From contig NC_086109.1 of the NCBI RefSeq assembly GCF_963921235.1, positions 29,948,001-30,012,000 of the forward strand: a stretch of 64,000 nucleotides of DNA, given 5' to 3'. Shown one piece after another: positions 52,112 through 62,486 of this stretch. Numbering within the stretch: position 1 is the first letter of the stretch; each line of letters begins with the position of its first letter. Both the position numbers and the translations under genes were made by a program. The stretch comes from Mobula hypostoma. Taxonomy: Eukaryota. Below the pieces are notes generated by a model that was not told where the DNA came from, did not search any database, and was given only the letters and a program-made list of their open reading frames with translations.

Positions 52112-53732
52112 CAGGTTTCCCCCGCCATCCGAAGGTAGAGCGTTCCTATGAAACAGTTCGTAAGCCGGAATGTCGTAAAGTGAAGAAGCAATTACCATTA
52201 GTTTATATGGGAAAAATTTGTGAGCGTTCGCAGACCCAAAAATAACCTACTAAATCATGCCAAATAACACATAAAACCTAAAATAACAGAACATATAGTA
52301 AAAGCAGGAATGATATGATGAATACACAGCCTATATAAAGTAGAAATATTTTTCCATTGTCATTGCTGCACTGTTCTCTGTAGCGAAAATCTCACGCAAG
52401 CGCTCTCGGCAGAAACACGGCGAAAGCGCCGTCGGCAAAAACACGGTGCAAGCGCTCTCCAGTAACCTTTAAACTATGAAGCTACCAAATCATACCAAAC
52501 AACACGTAAAAATACACAGCCGATATAAAGTAGAAATAATGTATGTACAGTGTAGTGTCACCTACCAGAATTGGGACAGCGCCGAGCACATGGGTGATGA
52601 TGTATGAGGCTGAGTCGTTGGAGGTTGGGGTGGTGCAGTGGCCCCCACCCTCCGGGCAGCAAGCCGATACTGATCCGCGAAGCATGCAGTGGTAGCCAGG
52701 ACGCATCCAGCACATCTTTAAGAAAAATGCTGAAATAAACAAACTAATTAATTGGGTGCCGCCCGGCACGTAAATGTCGGCCCAGATCAGAGGCGACGCA
52801 ATCGGCAATCATCATAGATTTGGGCCGACATTTACGTGCCGGATGGCACATAATTAATTAGCTCGTTTATTTCTGCTTTTTTCCTTAAAGATGTGCTGGG
52901 TGCTCTTCGCGGATCGGTATCTGCCCATGGCCCGGGGGTTGGGGTGGTGGGACACTGGGGTGTCATCTCATCGTCTGTTTCCATCAGGGCAGGCAGGTCA
53001 TCTTCTCCTATGACTGCCTGCCTCGATGTCGAAGGTCGACATTTGTTGTCTGCTGTGGCTGATGTGGAAGGCTTGCTTGACTCCATAGCCTCGCGCATTT
53101 TTAGATCATACAGTTCTTTGTAAGCACTCAAACCATCCTGCAAATATGCCCTAAACCGAAGTATCCTTTCAAAATTAAAGTCGTACTTTATCATTGCAGC
53201 GAAAATCTCACGCAGTTGCCTCACGTTCAGTTCCTGGACGACTTCGCTTTCGGTCTGTTCGCTACTGCATTCAGTTTTGATTGTTATCCTTTCCTCTTCC
53301 AATTGCATCAGCTCTTCAGCTATCAGTTCTTGGTCATGAGATGCTAAAACATCTTCAACAACATCTTCGTCAACTTCCTTCCACAAGCCAAACTCACTTT
53401 GTTCTTACTTCATTCACCACGATCGAAATGCTTAATTATGTCTAGTTTTACGCTAGGTGTAACACCCTTTCGAGTTCTTTCAGGCTTTTCCGATACGTAT
53501 CTTAGGACTCATCTTGCAAATGGCTGCCCATAGGCACATGTTTAAGCAATGCCGGTGAGAATGCCGCTCCGAATCCGGGGGAGAGCGGCTGCTCAGGGCG
53601 CGCGCTGCTTTTTATCACGCGCTGCCTTTTTTCTTAACTGAGAACACCTTCTGTTAGCGAAAACAGGTAACTAATGTAGGTCTTTTGTAACAGGTTTCGT
53701 AAGGCGAACGTTCGAAAAGCAGGGAACACCTG
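52112..53732 (-). mobile_element. Tigger/pogo non-autonomous derivative retaining the transposase C-terminus
   Basis: TA TSDs at 52110-52111 and 53733-53734; imperfect TIRs beginning CAGGT; ORF 52832-53386 EVDEDVVEDVLASHDQELIAEELMQLEEE...YKELYD resembles a Tigger1-type acidic C-terminus. Confidence 0.85.
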
Positions 53733-55214
53733 TAATAAAGGTTTTTTCATCTTTAGATCGTATATTTTAATAGACCACCAGGGAGCTTTATTGCTTTTTG
53801 GGTAGGGGAAGTGAAGGCGTAAAGACCATTGCTGCTAGTTCTTGTCTTGACTTACTGCCAAAAATACCTGAAGTTAATATGCCAGTAACTCATTGTCCAA
53901 GCTTCTTGCTCCTTCATAGCTTGAGGGTGAAGTCCTGAAGCAGTAGGCCAGTGGAATTTTTTCCCATCAAGGGAAAGGTGTGTAATGAGTTGTAATACTA
54001 TTGCTGTAGCAGGACTACTAATCTATCGATCATTTTGCTGCCATGCTGTGGAAGACCATGTACAAATTTGCAAATTGCTTGTGGGGCCATCCATAATCCA
54101 CTTTATTTTGAAAACTTGCTTATTTCTGTTTTACAATCTTTTACCTAAATTTTGTGGTTGCTGCTATGTTTACATAAAATCTGTGATGTATTTATTTTGC
54201 TTATCTATTTTGCTGTCTTGATATTACTGAACAATTTTCGATACAATGTAGCACTCCCAATTAGAAGGCAGTTGGTGGTACTGTATGTCTGATTTTGTAT
54301 ATCTCTGCCACTTAACCTTTTTGTAATTTGTTTCTCCATGTTTTCAAATTACACACTATTTAATTTTGACCATTAGCATTGTGGAAGTCAGGCAAATTAG
54401 AATCCTGTTACTTGCAGCTGGCAAGTGGATGAGCTGCCGGATGTACTAAAATTTGTATAACTTATTATTGAGGAATTCCTCATAATGTCCAGACCGAGAG
54501 TTAGAATTCAGTGCTGTTATTCGTGGTTGGCATTTGAGGTTTGTTTTTATCTATGCAAAAACAGAAGTGTTTCTAATCGTGACTGACATTGGTGACAGCC
54601 CCATGATGGTAATTAAAAATGTGTCACTTTTAAGTCGACGGTTGCTATTTTCATTGTGTGTGTGTATGTATGTAATATATATATATATAAAAGCAGTGGT
54701 ATTTTACTGGTGGTGACAATTGTTTTGATAGGGTTGGTTGGCATGCTTCCTTTTCATCTCTGGAAACTCAGATTAACTCCAAACGAAGGTACTGCAATGG
54801 AAGTCTCTTGTTTCTGCTAGCTATAAGAGCTCTTTATAAGATGCGATCAGCTTTGTTCCTAATTAATGTTGGTTCACATCATGATCAGTGCAGATTTGTT
54901 GTTGGGTCACAAGATTGATTGGGATAGGAAAGGAGACATTTATACTGTGAATTCAACAGTTTTGTTTTGGTAAGTAAATTTTAAGCAACTGCTGCAAAGA
55001 AGGAAAAGGTGGGGAACTTTCAAAATTATGCAGTCCTGGATTATAGTAGTTTTCTAAGTTGCTTTTATTTTCATGTAATAAAATTGAAATGTTTGATTGA
55101 GCTGGAAGTTTCAAATTATGGGGCTTGTTTATGTAGCAATTCACTTTTCGTTGGATAATGTTTTAATCCTACTCTTTCTCTGATACTACAACAATCTTAT
55201 TGGTGTTACTGCCT

Positions 55215-57320
55215 CTACAGATAAACACCTGGTTTTCATCATCCTACTCCTTCATGTGGTCTAGCTCCATCTCATCCCTTTCTTATCTCTCTGTCCCATC
55301 TCAGGAAATTGGCAGTCCACAAACATCCTTTGCAAACACAGCATAACTTGACTATACTTCCATCCACCCTGCCTCCTGTAGGAACTTCATTCCCATTTCC
55401 CAGTTCCTCCCACTCCATTGCTTTTGTTCTAATGGTAAGGCATTTTGCACAGGTGTCTTCTGAAACATCTTCCAATTATAGACCGGTTAGCCTGACATCG
55501 GTGGTGGGAAATATGCTGGAGTCAATTATAAAAAATGAAATTACGACACATCTGGATAGTAGTAACAGGATTGGTCCGAGTCAGCATGGATTTAGGAAGG
55601 GGAAATCGTGCTTGACTAATCTTCTGGAATTTTTTGAGGATGTAACTATGAAAATGGACAAGGGAGAGCCAGTGATGTAGTGTACCTGGACTTTCAGAAA
55701 GCCTTTGATAAAGTCCCACATAGGAGATTAGTGGGCAAAATTAGGACACATGGTATTGGGGGCAGAGTACTGACATGGATTGAAAATTGGCTGGCTGACA
55801 GAAAACAAAGAGTAGTGATTAACGGGTCCCTTTCGGAATGGCAGGCAGTGACCAGTGGGGTACCGCAGGGTTCAGTACTGGGACCGCAGCTGTTTACAAT
55901 ATATATTAATGACTTAGATGAGGGAATTAAAAGTAACATTAGCAAATTTGCCGATGACACAAAGCTGGGTAGCAGTGTGAAATGTGAGGAGGATGTTATG
56001 AGAATGCAGGGTGACTTGGACAGGCTGGGTGAGTGGGCAGATGCAGTTTAATGTGGATAAATGTGAGGTTATCCATTTTGGTGGTAAGAACGGGAAGGCA
56101 GATTATTATCTAAATGGAGTCAAGTTAGGAAAAGGGGAAGCACAAGGAGATCTAGGTGTTCTTGTACATCAGTCACTGAAAGCAAGCATGCAAGTACAGC
56201 AGGCAGTGAAGAAAGCTAATGGCATGCTGGCCTTCATAACAAGGGGAATTGCGTCTAAGAGCAAAGAGGTCCTTCTGCAGCTGTACAGGGCCTGGTGAGA
56301 CCACACCTGGAGTACTGTGTGCAGTTTTGGTCTCCAAATTTGAGGAAGGACATTATTGCTATTGAGGGAGTGCAGCGTAGGTTCACAAGGTTAGTTCCCG
56401 GGATGGCGGGACTGTCATATGTCGAAAGATTGGAGCGTCTGGTCTTGTATACTCTGGAATTTAGAAGGCTGAGAGGGGATCTTATTGAAACATATAAGAT
56501 TATTAAGGGATTGGACACGCTGGAGGCAGGAAGCATGTTCCTGCTGATGGGTGAGTCCAGAACCAGAGGCTACAGTTTAAGAATTAGGGGTAGGCCATTT
56601 AGAATGGAGTTGAGGAAAAACTTTTTCGCCCAGAGAGTGGTGGATATATGGAATGCTCTGCCCCAGAAGGCTGTGGAGGCCAAGTCTCTGGATGCTTTCA
56701 AAAAAGAGATGGATAGAGCTCTTAAAGATAGCGGAATCAAAGGTTATGGGAATAAGGCAGGAACTGGATACCGATTGTGGATGATCAGCCATGATCACAG
56801 TGAATGGCAGTGCTGGCTCGAAGGGCCGAATGGCCTACTCCTGCACCTATTGTCTATTGTCTTTCTGAATTATGGCTTCCACTCTGCCATCGTGTCAGAC
56901 CTTCATTGGTTCTTGTGTTTCCTGCAACTTTTTTCTTACCACCTCCTCTTCTGAAAAGAACAGGAGAACCTCTGGCCCTTGCCAATTACCTTACAGGCCT
57001 CGCATCCAGTGGATCACTCTTTGAAATTTCTGTCATCTCCAACAAGATCCAGCTTCTCCTTCCCTTTTCAGTATTTCATCAGAATTACTCCCTTAATGAT
57101 ATTCTTGCCTATTCTTTCATCCCCACCCAATCACTCTCCATTTCATGGCATTTTTCCATGCAGCTGCAGGCGATGCAACTTTTGTCCTTTTACCTCTGTT
57201 TTTCTCACCATCTAGTGGCCAATACATTCCTTCTAGTTGAGGCACTGATTCACTCAGTGATTGCAAACAAGAGAAAATCTGCAGATTCTGGAAATCTGAG
57301 CAACACACGCAAAATGCTGG
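55215..57320 (+). mobile_element. Old PLE fragment split by the CR1 insertion and ending in an inverted terminal repeat (about 57265-57320)
   Basis: attcccatttcccagttcctc (IPFSQFL-type motif) before the CR1; sequence continues after 56862; acaagagaaaatctgcagattctgg is a reverse-orientation terminus. Confidence 0.6.
55474..56862 (+). mobile_element. Young CR1 LINE, 5'-truncated (RT domain plus 3' UTR), few frameshifts
   Basis: NYRPVSLTSVVG, QHGFRKGKSCLTNL, YLDFQKAFDKVPH, SGVPQGSVLGPQLF and KFADDTK motifs; tail ctattgtctattgt. Confidence 0.95.
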
Positions 57321-57329
57321 ATCAGAAGA

Positions 57330-57670
57330 TCGGCCGTCGACAGATTCACAATTTTATTTGCTGGTTCTTTGGCTTTCCCATGTCCTGCAAGGATTGGAAA
57401 GTCACCTGTCTACAGACCACAGAACCAACACCGGCAGGCCTAGATGCCTCCAGACCGCGATCCGTGCTGTTGATCTCATTGGCTCTAACAATCCAGAGGA
57501 GACTCAGAACCCCGACTTCCTTGCCATCGATACAGGTTCCAATGACCTCAGACGTTGCCAAAGTGCTGATTGAGCAACTTCCAAATTGGATTCCAGCGTT
57601 GACCTCCAGGACAGGTCTTCACACGCTGCCGCTGGAACCCCTGTCCTGTGCTGTACTGTTCAATGTTATA
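57330..57670 (+). pseudogene. Possible SGNH-esterase ORF1 fragment of a LINE
   Basis: NPDFLAIDTGSNDL resembles SGNH block III (P..IVIHTGTNDL); CpG-rich relative to the flanks. Confidence 0.4.
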
Positions 57671-58257
57671 ACATATGTATACAAGCAAACACACTTCTAT
57701 CTGCCCTCATAATCTTTTGTACTAACTGAGTCAGAGAGATTGTTCTACCCATCCCTCCTTTCCACAAACTAGTCATCTTGGGTTTATGGACAGTTAGCAG
57801 TGGACCTGTCAAAAAGCAAATGCGTGTTTTCGAAACCATTAGTTCTGAATTGTAACAGATGTTTAGAACCATTTCTGATCACAGCATTTCTATTGACAAT
57901 GTGGTTTAAAATGTGTATCATTTTAGGTAATCAAAATAATAACATAAGCCTTCAACAGCTGGGCTCTTTGGGCTTATCCTACTCACTTTGAAATCTACTT
58001 TTGATTGATAGCTTTACTCAAGTAGTCTAGTGCTTTTTTAACTTAACTGGATCAAAGAAGAAAGAGAAAGATAACTGGATTTGCAGAATGTTCTTCAAGT
58101 CCTTTCTTCTCATCTATTGGGATTTGAATTTGCCTTTCATGAAAAATCTATTAGAAAACAAGTTCGTCAAAACATGAAAGTTATTGCAATTTTACAGGAG
58201 TTGTAAGACTGCTTCTCCTTGAACTACTTCTGCTTCCTTACTGTTGAGATTGTTTAG

Positions 58258-58535
58258 CGTCAAGGTAGCGTGGCAGTTAGTGTGACACTACTACAGTTTG
58301 GGGCATCAGAGTTCCATTCTGACGTCATCTGTAAGGAGTCTGTACATCCTCCCCATGGAATGCATGTGTTTTCTCTGGGTGCTCCAGTTTCCTCCCATAG
58401 TCCAAAGATGTACCGGTCGGAAGGTTAATTGGTCTTCGTTAATTGGCCTGTGGTTAAGCTAGGGTTGAATTAGGCGTTGTTGGGGCAATGTGGCTCGAAG
58501 GGCCTATTCTGCACTGCATCTTTATTATTTTAAAT
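58258..58535 (+). mobile_element. V-SINE
   Basis: A-box-like ggtagcgtggcagttag; V-domain ctctgggtgctccagtttcctcccatagtccaaagatgt; tail gaagggcctattctgcactg. Confidence 0.8.
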
Positions 58536-59109
58536 TACGATAATGTCTCTGATTGACCTACCTCAGTTAATGATTCTTAACTGAAGGAATTTTAAACTCA
58601 AATTACTTCAGATTTAAGTTGCTCCCTATAGGAGGGCGATCATGAACAATAAAGAGGTAAAATTGCCATTCTTTAAAAAAAATGCTGTATTCTATGCACT
58701 TTTCAGATGCCCAATTTCTGATCTGAGTGAGGAGATGTACCTGTGAACACTGATCTCAAACTCAAATATGAGTAGAAAATGTCAACAAAAATTAGCATTT
58801 TGCGAAGATTCAGAGTGAGCTAAAATTGTAATAGACTGTTTTAAAAGATGTGTATGTGTGAGAAAAATTGTTTACATGTAGTATATGACTGTACTCCAAG
58901 TAGAAGTAAAATGCACTGCAGTACTGCATTAAAGTTACAGCACAAAGCACACCATTCAGTCCAGATGGTTGACTGCCAATGGAGGATTGAAAGAAAGAGT
59001 TGCAAGGAGTAGGTGGATTTAAAGAAATTGGTATTTAAGGCATAAGAAGATTGCAAGAATATTATGGAGAATTTTCTTGAAGTCAGGAGGTGAGTTACTT
59101 GCTGCAGGT

Positions 59110-60735
59110 TGATGCATGCAATTAAATTCCCTGGCTCTGTCCACCTCATTTTCACCAATGACCAGTCTCTATACACTTCTATCCCCCCATTAGGAAAGCT
59201 TTCAAAACTCCCCACTTTCTCAACAAGGAATCAATCAGTTCCCCTCCACCACCACCCTCCTCCATCTGGCAGAAACACAAACATGAAAAAATCTGCAGAT
59301 GTTAGAGATCCAAAGCAACCCCCCCCCCCACCCCTGAGGAAGGGTCGCGGTCCAAAATGTTGACTGTTTTCTCTTTTCCATAGATGCTGCCTGGCCTGCT
59401 GAGTTCCTCTAGTGTTTTGTGTCTGTGTGTGTTGCTTTCTGTCTGGCAGAATTGGTCTTCACTCTCTACTATTTCTTTCGGCTACTCCCACTTCAGACTC
59501 AATGGGTAGCCATGTGCACCCGCATGAGCCACAGCTCTGCTCCCCAATTCTTCTTTCTCTATATCGATGACTATATTGCTGCTACTTTGTGCACCCATGC
59601 TGAGCTTGTGGGGTGCATAAAGCAGCACCAACTTTGCTCCAACTTCCACTCTGCCCTTACATTCACTTGATCCATTTCTGACATCTCCCTCCCCTTTCAT
59701 GATTTCTCTGTCTCTTTTTCTGGAAACAAACTGTCTACTGACATCTTTTATAAACCTACCAATTCCCAGGGCTGACTTGACTATACCTATAATCAACCTG
59801 TCTTCTGTAAAAATGCTGTTCCCTTTTCTCAGTTCCTTTGTCTCTGTCTCATCTGTTCCCAAGATGAAATTTTCCTTTCTAGGTCCTTCAAAGAATGGGG
59901 TTTCCCTTCCTCCACTATTGATGCTGCCCTCACCTGCATTCATTTCCCAGACATCTACACTTGCCCCATCTTCCTGCTGCCTTAACAGGGATAGGGTTCC
60001 TCTTGTCCTAACCTAACACCTCATGAGCCTCTGCTTCCCATACATTACACTCTGCAACTTTCGCCATCTTCAAAGGAATCCTACCAGCAAACCCATCTTG
60101 ACCTCCCTTCTCTCCCCGTTTTCCACAGGGATCACTCCCTCTATAATTCCGTTGTCCATTTGTCCCTCCCCATTAATCTCTCTCCTGACACTGATTACTG
60201 CAGGCAGCCAAAGTGCTACACTTGCCCATTTGCTACCTCCCTTGCCTCCTTTCAAGGCCCAAAGCATAAAGCAGTCCCTCCCGGTGAGACAACGGTTCAC
60301 CTGTTCCATCCACAAAAGTGGAATTTCCTGGTGGGCAAATATTTTAATTTCATATTTCCATTACTAACTCTCCCCCTCCTCGCTTTCCTGTCCCCTGTTC
60401 TGTTCTTTGCTCTGGTCTCGTATCTCTTCTCACCTGCCTATTGCTTCCCCTACTGTCCCTCCTTCCCTTTCTTCTATGGTCAACTCTTGTCTCCTATTTG
60501 ATTCCTTCATCTCTAGCCCTTTACCTTTCCCACCTACTTGGCTTCACCTATGACCTCTTGGTTATCCTCCTTTCACTCCCCCCACTTTTTATTCTGGCAT
60601 CTTCTCCCTCCCTCTCCAGTCCTGAAGAAGGATTGAAACAACAACTGTTTATTAATTTCCATTGATGTTGCCTGACGTGTTGAATTCTTCCAACATTTTA
60701 TGTGTGTTGCTCTGGACTTCCAGCATTTTTCTTTG
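59110..60735 (+). mobile_element. Penelope-like element family A (RT through terminal repeat), decayed
   Basis: QSLYTSIP, LAELVFTL, VAMCTRMS (GVAMGTRMG-like), YIDDYI and FHSALTFT motifs; terminal cagtcCTGAAGA...GAAAC at 60617-60647. Confidence 0.88.
59275..59441. mobile_element. Stand-alone PLE terminal unit inserted inside the PLE RT region
   Basis: TSD TCTGGCAGAA at 59265-59274 and 59442-59451; short inverted terminus plus a forward terminus with CTGAGGA core. Confidence 0.85.
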
Positions 60736-61696
60736 TTAAGTGCAATTGTGAATAATAGCCAGATCAGAAATGCTGATCAAGTCAACTAGTTCCCAGAGAG
60801 AACTCTGATAGGCCAATCAGATGGTTCACTGCTGCTCAGAGATAGAACACAAAAAAATCATATGTACAATTAAGAAACATTAAAAAAATAATAGAAATAC
60901 TGGAGTCATGACCATCATGAAGTCTGCTGGAGAGAGACATTTATACACATGCTGTCCTCCATAATTCAAAGAGGTTGAAGGATAAGGTTGCAGGGTGACA
61001 AAACGTGGCAGGAGCATCTGCAGAATTTCTTGAATTCATATTTGATATTAATATGTCTGGTGCAGTTAATAGTCTGATCAGTACTGACAGGATGTTGGTG
61101 ATGGATTATCTGGTGGTGGTAGTGCTACTCTAATGAACAGGTGATTTGTCTGTTATTGAGATGGCCATTGCCAAGCACTTGAGTGCATACATTTTATTAC
61201 CCATTTCTGAATATTTTCTAGGGTCTTATATACAGTCACAGGCTGAATCATTTACTGAAGAATTGCAAATTGAAGTGAATGTTCTGGAGTCATCAGTAAA
61301 CCTTCTCACTAGAACTGTACAATAGAGTGAAGATAATGAAAAAAATTGAAAATGATTAAGTATTGGTCACTGCCCAAACAAAGTCCTGCAGTCATGTCCT
61401 GAGGCTAAGCTGATTGACTTCCAACAAGTACAACTGTTGTCCTTAATACAAAATATGTCTCCAACAACTTGAGTTTTCTATTTGAATCAGATTCACTTCA
61501 GTTTAAATGGGGTTCCTATATCATTTTGCGAAATATTTCCTTGATATCAAGGCATTCATGTCTTCTCTGTTGAATTTAGCACTTTGTGTTTGGACCGAGG
61601 CTGTAATAAGTTCTAGAACTGTGTGGGAAAGGCAAAGCACAATCTGACATCCAGTTACTGAATGAGTTCAGCTTGATAGCACTATTAAGGACACTA

Positions 61697-62486
61697 CACT
61701 CAGTCGTGTCCTTAATAGTACTCCATGATAGCATAGCAGTTAGCATGGCACTATTATAGCTTGGGGTGTCAATGTTCGGAATTCAGTCCTGTAAGGAGTC
61801 AGTCCTATTTCCCTGTGGAATGCGTGGGCTTTCCTGAAATGTTCCAGTTCCCTCCCACAGTCCAAACACGTATCAGGTAGATTTATTAGTCATTGTAAAT
61901 TGTCCCGTGGGTTAAATTGGGGTTGTTGGGGCTCAGTGGGGCAGCACTGCTCAAAGGACTGGAAGGACCTACTCTGCACTGTATTGCAAAATAAAATAAA
62001 AATCGGTACAGCTGCTTGTTAATGCAAATATCTAATTAGCCAATCATGTGGCAGCAACTGAATGCATAAAAGCATACATACATGGTTAAGAGGTTCAGTT
62101 TTACAGATCACACATCAGAAATGTGACCATGGAATGATTGCTGGTGCCAGACGGGGTATTTTCATGCACAAGAGTCTCTAGAGTTTATAGAGAATGACAC
62201 GAGAAACAAAAAAAAAGTATCCACTGAGTGGCAGTTCTGTGTGTGAAAAAGCCTTGTTAATGAGAGAGCTCAGAGTAGAATGGCCAGACTGGTTCAAGCT
62301 GACAGGAAGGTGACAGTAACTCAAATAACCATGCATTACAACAATGGTGTGCAGGAGACCATCTCTGAACATACAACATGTCGAACCTTGAAGTGGATGG
62401 GTGAGTGGCAGCAGAAGACCATGAACATGCACTCAGTTTCCACTTTGTTAGGTACAGGAAGTACTGAGTAAAGTGGCCATTGAGTG
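61697..62486 (+). mobile_element. Non-autonomous Tc1-family element with a nested V-SINE
   Basis: TA-cactcagt left end; aaagtggccattgagtg-TA right end; HTH remnant MARLVQADRKVTVTQIT..YN.G.Q.TISEHT..RTLK.MG. Confidence 0.85.
61722..62002 (+). mobile_element. V-SINE nested next to the left TIR of the Tc1 derivative
   Basis: tgcgtgggctttcc...ccctcccacagtccaaacacgt V-domain; tail aaaataaaataaaaa. Confidence 0.8.

Noticed and set aside
52395..52460. CRISPR-like repeat array
   Set aside because: Head-to-tail tandem units with no unique spacers, in a vertebrate transposon; no cas genes
52832..53386. Domesticated TIGD-type gene
   Set aside because: Only a C-terminal transposase fragment inside a TIR/TA-bounded element; no DDE or HTH domain
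56804..57712. 302-aa ORF as a novel protein
   Set aside because: It crosses a CR1 3' UTR, a PLE fragment and a PLE terminus, has a non-ATG start and shows no coherent domain
58707..58745. Possible exon after cacttttcag
   Set aside because: Early stop in the required phase and no similarity to TBC1D22B
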